From positions 329,739-393,738 of the forward strand of contig CAVXEU010000005.1 in NCBI GenBank assembly GCA_963760915.1: a stretch of 64,000 nt of DNA. The letters run 5' to 3'. Each line of letters starts with the position of its first letter. Position 1 is the stretch's first letter. A model generated the notes under the pieces. It was not told the origin of the DNA. It was given only the letters and a program-made list of their open reading frames with translations, and did not search any database. Made by a program: the position numbers and the translations under genes. Of this stretch, positions 9,834 through 19,501 are shown piece after piece. This DNA comes from an uncultured Bacteroidales bacterium. Its GTDB lineage: Bacteria; Bacteroidota; Bacteroidia; Bacteroidales; VadinHA17.

Positions 9834-12800
9834 ATGAAAAATGCATTAATAATCATATTTTTGACCCTGAGTATTTCAGTCTCTGCCACTACATATTATG
9901 TAAGTACTTCCGGATCTGATTCCAATAACGGATTATCAACTTCCTCCCCCTGGGCAACACTTTCCTGGGCTGAATCTCATGCAACAGCTGCAGGAGATAT
10001 TATAGCCCTGAAGAAAGGTGATACATGGTCTCTGGCCACAAGCGTTGTAATTAAGCATGGAGGTACCACAGGAAGCCCTATCACATGGGATGGTTCATTA
10101 TGGGGCAGTGGAGCTAATGGTAAGATCCTGAATACAAAAGACAGGGGAGATGGTAACAATGCTTTAGTTCATTTCATAACATCCGGTAGTCATGATGTGG
10201 TATTTAAAAATATAATAGCAGATGGAGGGAATCATCAGTGTTTTGGTATAGTGATAGGATATCACTCGGCAATATCCGGCAATGCACAAAACAATGAACA
10301 TGATATAACTATAGATGGCTGTTCAATTCTTAATATAGGTAGTGGAGCTGCATATAATCAGGGATTTTTATGTGGCACCTGGTATACTGATATTTGGAAT
10401 ATAACAATCCAGAACTGTACCTTAGATGGTGCAGATGATGAACAGTTAACCTTTTACGGAGGAAGAACCGATGAGTGGGATGCACAGGCAAGGGAATGCC
10501 GTAACGTCGTTATCAGAAACAATACCCTTACCAACTGGGGCAGAAGAGGACAATCCACCGGGTACGGGATGCAGATTAATAATAAAGCTACCAATGTGTT
10601 AATTGAAGGCAATACATTGACTCAGGGAGCAAGCGGGAAAGGCGACGCTTTCCATCTTGAATCCAATGAGCCAATTGCAGGATATTACCCTACCGGAGTT
10701 ATTTTCCGCTATAACAAACTTACAGTTAACAGAACAAATGAATGGTGCGTTATTGTACAAAAGGGGCAGGCAATGACAATGACTGCATATTCAAACATTT
10801 TTATTCATACTTCTTCTTCCAATACCTCCGGGGGTAATATCTGGATTATCAGTAACGGGACATATACCGGGGCAAAATTGAATTTTTATAATAATACCTT
10901 TTATACACGAACCGGAAGATCATATGAAGATGATTCCCACTTAACAGGTGTTTGTACATTTAAAAATAATATCATATATCATGCTGGCACACTGAGCACT
11001 GACAATCCCGTTATAATAAGCTCAGCGGGATCAACTGTTCACAGCAATAATTTATATTACAGGGTAGGTACGGGTGATGTATTTCTGGTGTCAGAAGGCG
11101 GCAGCAGCAAATATCAGAGCACTATTACCTCATGGGAACCAACTGCAAAAAAGGATGATCCGTTATTTACAGATGTAAGTGGGAATGAATTTACATTAAA
11201 ATCAGGTTCATGTGCTATCGGTTCAGGTGTTGTTATTTCAACTGTAGTGAGCGATATGGGCTCTAATTTATATGCCAACCCTCCAAGCATGGGAGCCTTT
11301 GAGTCTTCTACCACTTCCACAAGTCCGGTGATCCCTGTTTATGTCAGTTCAGTAATACAGGCTGCCACACCAACTAACCTGGAGATGACATATAATCTTA
11401 GTCTGGCAAATATTGTACCTGCTGCTTCCGCTTTTCGGGTCACGGTAAATTCTGTAGTGCAAACTGTCAGTACTGTTGCCGTATCAGGAACAAAGGTTAC
11501 GTTAACCCTTTCAACCCCGGTAGTCAATGGTGATGTAGTTACTGTTTCATATACAAAACCATCCGCAAATCCACTACAGACAACAGCAGGAGGAGAGGCA
11601 GACAATATTACTTCAAAACCGGTGACTAATAATGTAAGTGCAGTTGTTATTCAACCTGTTTATGTCAGTTCAGTAATACAAAATGCCACACCCTCCAACC
11701 TGGAGATGACATATAATCTTAGCCTGGCAAATATAGTACCAGCTGCTTCCGCTTTTCGGGTCACGGTAAATTCTGTAGTGCGAACTGTCAGTACTGTTGC
11801 CGTATCAGGAACAAAGGTTACGTTAACCCTTTCAACCCCGGTAGTCAATGGTGATGTAGTTACTGTTTCATATACAAAACCATCCGCAAATCCACTACAG
11901 ACAACAGCAGGAGGAGAGGCAGACAATATTACTTCAAAACCGGTGACTAATAATGTAAGTGCAGTTGTTATTCAACCTGTTTACGTCAGTTCAGTAATAC
12001 AAAATGCCACACCCTCCAACCTGGAGATGACATATAATCTTAGCCTGGCAAATATAGTACCAGCTGCTTCCGCTTTTCGGGTCACTGTAAATTCTGTAGT
12101 GCGAACTGTCAGTACTGTTGCCGTATCAGGAACAAAGGTTACGTTAACCCTTTCAACCCCGGTAGTCAATGGTGATGTAGTTACTGTTTCATATACAAAA
12201 CCTTCAACAAATCCATTACAGACAACAGCAGGAGGAGAGGCAGACAATATTACTTCAAAACCGGTGACTAATAATGTAAGTGCAGTTGTTATTCAACCTG
12301 TTTACGTCAGTTCAGTAATACAAAATGCCACACCCTCCAACCTGGAGATGACATATAATCTTAGCCTGGCAAATATAGTACCAGCTGCTTCCGCTTTTCG
12401 GGTCACTGTAAATTCTGTAGTGCGAACTGTCAGTACTGTTGCCGTATCAGGAACAAAGGTTACGTTAACCCTTTCAACCCCGGTAGTCAATGGTGATGTA
12501 GTTACTGTTTCATATACAAAACCTTCCGCAAATCCATTACAGACAACAACAGGAGGAGAAGCAGACAATATTACTTCAAAACCGGTGACTAATAATGTAA
12601 GTGCTGTTGTTATTCAACCTGTTTATGTCAGTTCAGTAATACAAAATGCCACACCCTCCAACCTGGAGATGACATATAATCTTAGCCTGGCAAATATAGT
12701 ACCAGCTGCTTCCGCTTTTCGGGTCACTGTAAATTCTGTAGTGCGAACTGTCAGTACTGTTGCCGTATCAGGAACAAAGGTTACGTTAACCCTTTCAACC

Positions 12801-14408
12801 CCGGTAGTCAATGGTGATGTAGTTACTGTTTCATATACAAAACCTTCAACAAATCCATTACAGACAACAGCAGGAGGAGAGGCAGACAATATTACTTCAA
12901 AACCGGTGACTAATAATGTAAGTGCAGTTGTTATTCAACCTGTTTACGTCAGTTCAGTAATACAAAATGCCACACCCTCCAACCTGGAGATGACATATAA
13001 TCTTAGCCTGGCAAATATAGTACCAGCTGCTTCCGCTTTTCGGGTCACTGTAAATTCTGTAGTGCGAACTGTCAGTACTGTTGCCGTATCAGGAACAAAG
13101 GTTACGTTAACCCTTTCAACCCCGGTAGTCAATGGTGATGTAGTTACTGTTTCATATACAAAACCTTCCGCAAATCCATTACAGACAACAACAGGAGGAG
13201 AAGCAGACAATATTACTTCAAAACCGGTGACTAATAATGTAAGTGCTGTTGTTATTCAACCTGTTTATGTCAGTTCAGTAATACAAAATGCCACACCCTC
13301 TAACCTGGAGATGACATATAATCTTAGCCTGGCAAATATAGTACCAGCTGCTTCCGCTTTTCGGGTCACTGTAAATTCTGTAGTGCGAACTGTCAGTACT
13401 GTTGCCGTATCAGGAACAAAGGTTACGTTAACCCTTTCAACGCCGGTAGTCTTTGGTGATAAAGTTACCGTATCATATACAAGACCTTCTATCAATCCAC
13501 TGCAGGGATCATCATCAGGAGTTGTGGTAAATATCAGCAATCAACCCGTAAGTAATAATTGTATTAATGCTGCCCCTGTTGCAGTAATTACTTCTCCAGC
13601 CAGCAACAGCTCATTTACACCCGGTGCAAATATTACAATTACTGCCTCTGCCACTGATTCTGACGGTTCAATAAGTACGGTGGAATTTTATAGTAATGAC
13701 AATAAAATAGGGACAAAGACTGCAGCACCATATTCGTTTACCTGGAGCAATGTAGGAGCAGGAACTTATATATTAACGGTTGTTGCAACAGATAACTACA
13801 ATGCCACAACCAGATCATCAGCAGTAATTATTAATGTTGCCAGCGTGAATCCGGCTCCAAATCAGCCACCTTTTATCCAAATCTCTAATCCCCGCAAAGG
13901 AAATAAATATGAGGAATTTGCTTCAGTCACAATTGATGCAATCGCTTCTGATCCTGATGGTTCAATTAGCAAGGTTGAATTCTACAATGGTATTGAAAAG
14001 CTGATTGAGCTGAATTCGGAACCTTATACATATACCTGGAAAAATGTGGGGCCCGGTAGTTACAGTATAACAGCTGTTGCTACTGACAATCTGAATGCAT
14101 CCACTGTTTCAACTCCCATAGAATTTGAGGTAGGGTCAATTGTAAAGTATGATGCCGGTTCAGAGATTATTAATCTTTATCCGAATCCTAGTGACGGTCA
14201 CTTTTCAATCGAGTTTATCAATCCTCTTCAAAGTGAAAAAAGTGAAATATTGATTACCGATATAGCTGGTAAGCAGGTCTATCATGGGCCGGTTTTAAAA
14301 GAGGAGATAACAAAACAACTTGATTTATCTAACAGTAAATCAGGAATATATGTTCTAATGATCAAGGACAAGGACATATTGGTTACAAAAAAATTTATAA
14401 TAAAGTAG
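9834..14408 (+). CDS. giant T9SS-secreted surface protein: right-handed beta-helix head, 7 Ig-like (SwmB-type) repeats, 2 Big-type Ig domains, T9SS sorting domain
   Basis: 1524-aa ORF. Parts in order: signal peptide; N-terminal TTYYVSTSGSDSNNG... pectate-lyase-fold-like region; seven ~107-aa near-identical repeats; two ~95-aa domains (SDGSISTVEFY / PDGSISKVEFY); C-terminal INLYPNPSDGHFSIEF... sorting tail. Confidence 0.9.
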   Translation: MKNALIIIFLTLSISVSATTYYVSTSGSDSNNGLSTSSPWATLSWAESHATAAGDIIALKKGDTWSLATSVVIKHGGTTGSPITWDGSLWGSGANGKILNTKDRGDGNNALVHFITSGSHDVVFKNIIADGGNHQCFGIVIGYHSAISGNAQNNEHDITIDGCSILNIGSGAAYNQGFLCGTWYTDIWNITIQNCTLDGADDEQLTFYGGRTDEWDAQARECRNVVIRNNTLTNWGRRGQSTGYGMQINNKATNVLIEGNTLTQGASGKGDAFHLESNEPIAGYYPTGVIFRYNKLTVNRTNEWCVIVQKGQAMTMTAYSNIFIHTSSSNTSGGNIWIISNGTYTGAKLNFYNNTFYTRTGRSYEDDSHLTGVCTFKNNIIYHAGTLSTDNPVIISSAGSTVHSNNLYYRVGTGDVFLVSEGGSSKYQSTITSWEPTAKKDDPLFTDVSGNEFTLKSGSCAIGSGVVISTVVSDMGSNLYANPPSMGAFESSTTSTSPVIPVYVSSVIQAATPTNLEMTYNLSLANIVPAASAFRVTVNSVVQTVSTVAVSGTKVTLTLSTPVVNGDVVTVSYTKPSANPLQTTAGGEADNITSKPVTNNVSAVVIQPVYVSSVIQNATPSNLEMTYNLSLANIVPAASAFRVTVNSVVRTVSTVAVSGTKVTLTLSTPVVNGDVVTVSYTKPSANPLQTTAGGEADNITSKPVTNNVSAVVIQPVYVSSVIQNATPSNLEMTYNLSLANIVPAASAFRVTVNSVVRTVSTVAVSGTKVTLTLSTPVVNGDVVTVSYTKPSTNPLQTTAGGEADNITSKPVTNNVSAVVIQPVYVSSVIQNATPSNLEMTYNLSLANIVPAASAFRVTVNSVVRTVSTVAVSGTKVTLTLSTPVVNGDVVTVSYTKPSANPLQTTTGGEADNITSKPVTNNVSAVVIQPVYVSSVIQNATPSNLEMTYNLSLANIVPAASAFRVTVNSVVRTVSTVAVSGTKVTLTLSTPVVNGDVVTVSYTKPSTNPLQTTAGGEADNITSKPVTNNVSAVVIQPVYVSSVIQNATPSNLEMTYNLSLANIVPAASAFRVTVNSVVRTVSTVAVSGTKVTLTLSTPVVNGDVVTVSYTKPSANPLQTTTGGEADNITSKPVTNNVSAVVIQPVYVSSVIQNATPSNLEMTYNLSLANIVPAASAFRVTVNSVVRTVSTVAVSGTKVTLTLSTPVVFGDKVTVSYTRPSINPLQGSSSGVVVNISNQPVSNNCINAAPVAVITSPASNSSFTPGANITITASATDSDGSISTVEFYSNDNKIGTKTAAPYSFTWSNVGAGTYILTVVATDNYNATTRSSAVIINVASVNPAPNQPPFIQISNPRKGNKYEEFASVTIDAIASDPDGSISKVEFYNGIEKLIELNSEPYTYTWKNVGPGSYSITAVATDNLNASTVSTPIEFEVGSIVKYDAGSEIINLYPNPSDGHFSIEFINPLQSEKSEILITDIAGKQVYHGPVLKEEITKQLDLSNSKSGIYVLMIKDKDILVTKKFIIK
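11334..13580 (+). repeat. in-frame tandem repeat array, 7 x 321 bp, with a 642-bp higher-order duplication
   Basis: Unit starts are at 11334, 11655, 11976, 12297, 12618, 12939 and 13260. Units 2-6 differ at a handful of bases. Block 11976..12617 and block 12618..13259 differ at about one base. Unit 7 diverges in its last third. Confidence 0.95.
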
Positions 14409-14517
14409 TATAACTGAATGCTAAAAGTATAATAATGTGTTGAACTTAAAGTAGATGATTATCAGAGTAAAAGAAATTAACCTGAACCGTGAATTCTGCA
14501 ATCTTTTCCTGAATCAA

Positions 14518-14558
14518 AAGTCCCCTGACATATTTAATATGAAAGGGGCTTTTTTATT
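14518..14558 (+). terminator. rho-independent terminator downstream of the giant surface-protein gene
   Basis: Stem AAG(T)CCCCT / AGGGGCTT with an inner CATATT/AATATG extension, followed by TTTTTTATT. Confidence 0.6.
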
Positions 14559-14767
14559 CAGACAGCCTTACTATTGTTACTTGTTTTTACCGGAAGGATA
14601 TTTATTTTCCCGAAGCATTAAAGGACAAAGATTCAGCATCTATACTGTTTGCGCATATTAGCATTCAATTAAAGTGAGACTGTGTAAATTCAGTATTGAC
14701 TGAAAATATATAGAAATATTACACTTAAGTATTACCTTCACCCGAATTATATGATATATTTTTAAGA

Positions 14768-15559
14768 ATGTTCCATTCAGTCTTAATATATGCAAAAGCA
14801 GGAGCCCTATCCTTTATTTTAGGACTTTCAATGCTACCTCTTTTTTCACAAAATCTAAGAAAGATTAACCTTGAGGAGATACCTCAAAGAAAAGTCCGTA
14901 ACTACATTGTATCTAAAAAAATTGATCGTATGAAGAACTTTTCTTCTATTCGCACCAGTTGGAAGAGAGGAACCAATAAATCGGATTTTAAGGTAAACGA
15001 AAAGGTGTTTTATCTGAAAGATAAACTTGCAAATGTCTGGGAACACTACTGGCATGCTGATCCGCTTAAAATATGGAACGGAAGATCACTTCAGTTAGGA
15101 TTGTTGATTTTGAAATCTCAAGATTCAGCCATATATATCAATAATAGCTCTTTTCATGTAATTGATACAGGTCAGGTATATTTTCTGAATTTAAAACTCA
15201 TAAAAGGCATATTTAATGTTCCTGTAGCCTTCGAGATAATTAATATTGACACTAAGCTGGATCTGCTCGAGATAAGTTATATCGATAATAATAAATCAAG
15301 AGGCAAACAAACTATACAGTTTTTTGCCAGTGAAGATGGTGGTACCAGAATTGTGCACAGGAGTTATTTTAAAAGCAACTCATGGATTCGGGATGATATC
15401 CTGTATCCATATTTTCATTTAAAATTTGTAAAGGAGTTCCATAGAAAGATGAGGCAGCAAATTTATAATGCCAGAATTAAGGACACAATTCCTAAAGAGC
15501 CTGCATTAATTTCACAGGGCAGGTTGTTCCCTCTAATCGACTCAAATCTGACTCAATAA
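14768..15559 (+). CDS. hypothetical secreted protein
   Basis: 263-aa ORF with an N-terminal hydrophobic signal ending ...LPLFSQ. No family recognised. Confidence 0.55.
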   Translation: MFHSVLIYAKAGALSFILGLSMLPLFSQNLRKINLEEIPQRKVRNYIVSKKIDRMKNFSSIRTSWKRGTNKSDFKVNEKVFYLKDKLANVWEHYWHADPLKIWNGRSLQLGLLILKSQDSAIYINNSSFHVIDTGQVYFLNLKLIKGIFNVPVAFEIINIDTKLDLLEISYIDNNKSRGKQTIQFFASEDGGTRIVHRSYFKSNSWIRDDILYPYFHLKFVKEFHRKMRQQIYNARIKDTIPKEPALISQGRLFPLIDSNLTQ

Positions 15560-15602
15560 ACAACAGTATCCCGCACCTGAATTTCAAAATGAAATTTATT
15601 AT

Positions 15603-16139
15603 TTGAACAAAGAAAATAACACTCTGTTACGACTGGAGAAGGGAAATTCAGAGCTAAACACAAAACTGAAACTTGGTGGATTTGCAGGTTCTGAGAATAG
15701 TTTTGAAATGGAAAATGAAAAATCTCCGGTTCAGATTAAGCAAAGCAATTCTCTTTCATTTATCTATTATACAGCGGAATCCCAAACTGCTGGAAAAGAT
15801 AGTTTCGATACGGATGCAAAGTCAGATAGAACTGAGCAATCAGTTTTCAGCAGTTGGGAAAATATGAATAATCCATCCCAGACGACCAGCCTCTACAACT
15901 CTTATCCCGATCAGGGTACGAGAAAAGTTGTGCTCCAATCTGGTTCAGGTATTAGACTTTTGGGAAAGACAAAGGAAAGTAAAAAATATTCTTTCACTGT
16001 TCGCAAGATCAGACCTGGTTATTATGAACTGGTTATAGATAAACCACTACCAAAAGGCGAATTTATGTTTGTAGTAATGGGCGGTTTTGAAATTAATATT
16101 GATGGTAACGTTTCTCTCTTTGCTTTTGAGATCGACTGA
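15603..16139 (+). CDS. hypothetical protein, start uncertain (TTG in the ORF track, no signal peptide)
   Basis: 178-aa open frame with plausible globular composition (…YYELVIDKPLPKGEFMFVV…). The first in-frame ATG is 35 codons in. A 5-codon ATG mini-ORF in another frame overlaps the start. Confidence 0.4.
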   Translation: MNKENNTLLRLEKGNSELNTKLKLGGFAGSENSFEMENEKSPVQIKQSNSLSFIYYTAESQTAGKDSFDTDAKSDRTEQSVFSSWENMNNPSQTTSLYNSYPDQGTRKVVLQSGSGIRLLGKTKESKKYSFTVRKIRPGYYELVIDKPLPKGEFMFVVMGGFEINIDGNVSLFAFEID

Positions 16140-16392
16140 TTTAGCTGGAAAGTTTAAATACAAAATATATGTACTAATATGCTTTCCAATTCGGGTTTAT
16201 TTTTAATCTACTTTATTATGTAAGCACATTACTTTCCCAATGAAATGATCCAAGAAAGAGAAAAATCATCCGCCATTTGTGAAGTCTCCTGAATAATCTT
16301 CCTCAGGTCCTCCGTGAGGGTGCACGACTCTTTCAGGAATAATATATGGGAATATGATGAATTCCCTCATGACTTTAACAGTCAGAATATTC

Positions 16393-16965
16393 CTATTTTT
16401 TATCCGGTACGAAGTCCAGCGCAATTGAATTCATGCAGTATCTCTTTCCTGTCGGTGGGGGTCCGTCATCAAATATATGACCCAGATGTCCTCCACATCT
16501 TCCGCAAAGTACTTCAGTTCGTTCCATGCCTAATGAATTATCTGGTCTGAATATGGTACTGGTCTTATCTTCCTGTTCAAAAAAACTTGGCCAGCCACAG
16601 GTGCTGGCAAATTTCGCCTCCGAACGGAATAGTCTTCTGCCACAAGCAGCGCAATAATAGGTACCTTTTGCATCTGCATTCCAATACTTACCGGTGAATG
16701 GTCTTTCTGTGGCACCATGGCGCGATACTTCATAAAGATCCTTTGGCAATATTTTTTTCCATTCAGCATCAGAAAGATTTAATTTGGTTGTATCGGTATG
16801 TGAATAGTAAGGATTTATGGGTTTACTAGAGGTATTCATATTTTTATCCGATTGATTTTCTTTTTTGCCTTGTCCAAACAAACTTATTGTGATAATTACT
16901 ATACTGGTTATTAATATTATATTCTTATATGATAATGATTTAAGTAATGATTTAAGTGTTTTCAT
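16393..16965 (-). CDS. msrB: peptide-methionine (R)-S-oxide reductase MsrB, membrane-anchored or exported
   Basis: SelR core with CAACGRRLF, CGWPSFF, CGRCGGHLGHIFDDGP and RYCMNS, preceded by an N-terminal hydrophobic anchor. Confidence 0.93.
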   Translation of the reverse strand: MKTLKSLLKSLSYKNIILITSIVIITISLFGQGKKENQSDKNMNTSSKPINPYYSHTDTTKLNLSDAEWKKILPKDLYEVSRHGATERPFTGKYWNADAKGTYYCAACGRRLFRSEAKFASTCGWPSFFEQEDKTSTIFRPDNSLGMERTEVLCGRCGGHLGHIFDDGPPPTGKRYCMNSIALDFVPDKK

Positions 16966-17068
16966 GATAATTTACTGTTAATAATTTAACATTTATCTTA
17001 TTAAACTTTTTCCATTCAGGTATCCCGGATATAAATAACATAGTCAGCTGTATTACAGTTTACCAGAA

Positions 17069-17779
17069 TTATTTTTTTAGCCTGTCTTTAAATACTTTTT
17101 CAAATTTTTCCAGTTTAGGTTGTATGACCAACCTGCAATAAGGTGCATTCTTGTTCTGATTATAATAATCCTGATGATAATCTTCAGCTTTATAAAATTT
17201 AGTGAAAGGTTCCAATTGAGTTACAATCGGCTTATCATACACCTGTTCTTTATTTAATGCATCAATAATATCCTTTGCAATTTTTCGCTGATGTTCATTT
17301 CTGTAGAAAATTACTGACCGGTATTGAGTTCCTACATCAGCTCCTTGTCTGTTTAGGGATGTGGGGTCGTGAACAGTAAAAAAGACTTTCAGAATCTCAT
17401 CGACTGATATCTTTGAACTGTCAAATACAATCTGAGCAACTTCAGCATATCCTGTAAGCCCGGTACAAACTTCCTGGTAAGTCGGATTTTTAACAGTGCC
17501 TCCTGAATAGCCGGATACCACTTTTATTACCCCTTCCAGTCTTTGATATACTGCCTCAACACACCAGAAACAACCACCTCCTAAGGTAATAGTATCAATT
17601 GTTGATGAATTAGCCTCTTTATTCAATTCAGAATCCATCGAATTCAATTTATCATTATTTTCCATATGCTTTTCTTTATTAGTTGTTTCCCCGCATGCAC
17701 TTAAAAACAATGTGAAGACTGTCAATAATTGCAATAACATCAGCAGGGATATTCTCTTATTTGATTTTATGATTTTCAT
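17069..17779 (-). CDS. msrA: peptide-methionine (S)-S-oxide reductase MsrA, lipoprotein-type signal
   Basis: GGGCFWCVEAVY active-site motif, then SGYSGG and HDPTSLNRQGADVGTQYRS. The N-terminus has a lipobox-like FLSAC. Confidence 0.93.
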   Translation of the reverse strand: MKIIKSNKRISLLMLLQLLTVFTLFLSACGETTNKEKHMENNDKLNSMDSELNKEANSSTIDTITLGGGCFWCVEAVYQRLEGVIKVVSGYSGGTVKNPTYQEVCTGLTGYAEVAQIVFDSSKISVDEILKVFFTVHDPTSLNRQGADVGTQYRSVIFYRNEHQRKIAKDIIDALNKEQVYDKPIVTQLEPFTKFYKAEDYHQDYYNQNKNAPYCRLVIQPKLEKFEKVFKDRLKK

Positions 17780-17799
17780 TTTCTCATTATTTGATGCTC

Positions 17800-17807
17800 A
17801 AACTTAT
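17800..17807 (-). promoter_or_regulatory. candidate -7 promoter box (TAAGTTTG) for msrA-msrB
   Basis: Exact TAnnTTTG on the minus strand about 21 nt upstream of the msrA ATG, with a TTTG 22 nt further upstream. Confidence 0.4.
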
Positions 17808-18277
17808 AATGAATTTGTCCTGATACAGCAAAATGTCTGTTACAATTTTTTTGTCATTAGCTTTTGATAATACCGGAATCCATCAATGATTCTTTCTTTT
17901 GGATATCCAAGTAATTAAAACTTAATCCTCTTATTATTAATTATTATTTAAACAAGAATTATCCACTTATGTTTAAAAATCTGGTAATGCTTGTCATTTT
18001 ATTCCTGGCAGTTATATATGCAAAATGGGGAGATGCAATAAAAACAAATTCTACGGGGAAATCAATAATAATTAAGGAGAAGAAACATTGACTTTTAAAG
18101 ATTACACTGAAAAGTATTTTTTTCTAAGCAGTAGTATTTTGGCAGTTCCCAAGTATAAATCTCGTAGATATCCGGAATGTTCAATTCCGGGATTATTATT
18201 GGAAGGTCAATATTTCCAGCTACGGCTGACCGAAATGAAGATGCTCTCTGAATCTATAATAATGTATTTGTCCCTGG

Positions 18278-19108
18278 TTACTGTTTAACCAACTCCACTC
18301 TCCTGTTCAGAGATTTTCCCTCCTCAGTGGCGTTGCTTGCGACAGGTGCTATTGGTCCTGCACCACAGGCTTTAAGATTTGCCGGGTTTGCCGAATACTG
18401 TGTTATAAGAGCATTTACTACAGCTGTTGCCCTATCGATAGAAAGTTTCATATTTTCATCGAAGGTCCCTGTATTGTCAGTATGCCCGACTACAAAAAGT
18501 TTAAGGACAGGATCGTTTTTTAATAATTTTGAAATCTCCTTCAAAGTTTCAGCTGATTCAGGTTTTAATACGGATTTTCCTGTATCAAAATATATTCCAT
18601 ACACCGCAATTTTCCCTGTTTCACTAATACTGTTTGCCAGACTGCTGGCATCGGCAACAACATCCTGATTCATTTCCTTTTTTTCAATAATATCAAGTGA
18701 GTACTGACCATTAGAACTGGCTGTAACAGTAGCCCATACTTCCTTCCCGCCACTGGTTACTTTCAGAATTGTATACCAGATTCCTCCATCTTCATAATCA
18801 TAGAGCACCTGTCCACCGATTTTCTTTATCGCATTGGAATAATTACGGACGGTTTGAAGAGGGCTTGGAGCCTGAACGTTGTCATTAAGGTCATATAATA
18901 TTTTCAGATGATGCCCCTCAACAGTCTGAGTTTTCTCACTGCTGATCTGGAATTCAGATTTGTCGAATTGCAGATCATCGCACCTGTATATGTGATAACC
19001 TGGCATTCTGGTAAACAGAACAGGATCTTTGCAACCTTCATAATCCTGTTGTGCGGATAAAGCGGCGAAACCGGATATCAATAATAACAAGGGAATAATT
19101 TTCTTCAT
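18278..19108 (-). CDS. OmpA family protein (C-terminal OmpA-like peptidoglycan-binding domain)
   Basis: Signal peptide. C-terminal domain has FDTGKSVLKPES..., VVGHTDNTG, LSIDRATAV and NRRVELV. Confidence 0.85.
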   Translation of the reverse strand: MKKIIPLLLLISGFAALSAQQDYEGCKDPVLFTRMPGYHIYRCDDLQFDKSEFQISSEKTQTVEGHHLKILYDLNDNVQAPSPLQTVRNYSNAIKKIGGQVLYDYEDGGIWYTILKVTSGGKEVWATVTASSNGQYSLDIIEKKEMNQDVVADASSLANSISETGKIAVYGIYFDTGKSVLKPESAETLKEISKLLKNDPVLKLFVVGHTDNTGTFDENMKLSIDRATAVVNALITQYSANPANLKACGAGPIAPVASNATEEGKSLNRRVELVKQ

Positions 19109-19425
19109 ATGAATAGGATAGTTAGGTGGTAATTCATCTTATCCGGACCTTTGTTTTTGAGATTTACGGATAAATCAGGATAAAGCTAAAAAAAATATTT
19201 TAAAGATAAAAATTCCGACATTCAAAAGGATCCATGACGGAAACCATAACCTAAATTAGTTGACAACCAGGACACGAATCGTTTATCTGGAATTGTTTCA
19301 GAAAAACTCATTCCGGAGAAAGAATGAGAGGCAACCGGTTAAGTGCAATTTATAGATTTTGTATAAATATAGATATTTATCACACTTGATAATCAGTAAA
19401 TTATACAGTTTTTTCGGGCTTTATT

Positions 19426-19433
19426 TAATTTTG
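19426..19433 (+). promoter_or_regulatory. candidate -7 promoter box (TAATTTTG)
   Basis: Exact TAnnTTTG 69 nt upstream of the ATG at 19502. Confidence 0.3.
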
Positions 19434-19501
19434 TACAATTTTATCCCAACCGTTTATCATATTATCTGTTTAATTGTTATTAATTGTAATCCAAACGAGA
19501 T

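Noticed and set aside
11339-13540. Seven antisense ORFs of 88-91 aa (MSASPP...) on the minus strand inside the repeat array
   Set aside because: They recur only because the sense-strand repeat happens to lack antisense stops and is copied seven times. They lie entirely inside a well-supported 1524-aa sense CDS.
11334-13580. Regularly spaced repeats that could suggest a CRISPR array
   Set aside because: The period is 321 bp with no unique spacers. The units are contiguous, in frame and translate into a repeated Ig-like protein domain. No cas genes are present.
17969-18091. 40-aa ORF with one hydrophobic helix (MFKNLVMLVILFLAVIYAKW...) in the msrA-ompA spacer
   Set aside because: It is possible as a small membrane protein, but it has no promoter box and conservation cannot be checked here. 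The evidence is too weak to call a gene.
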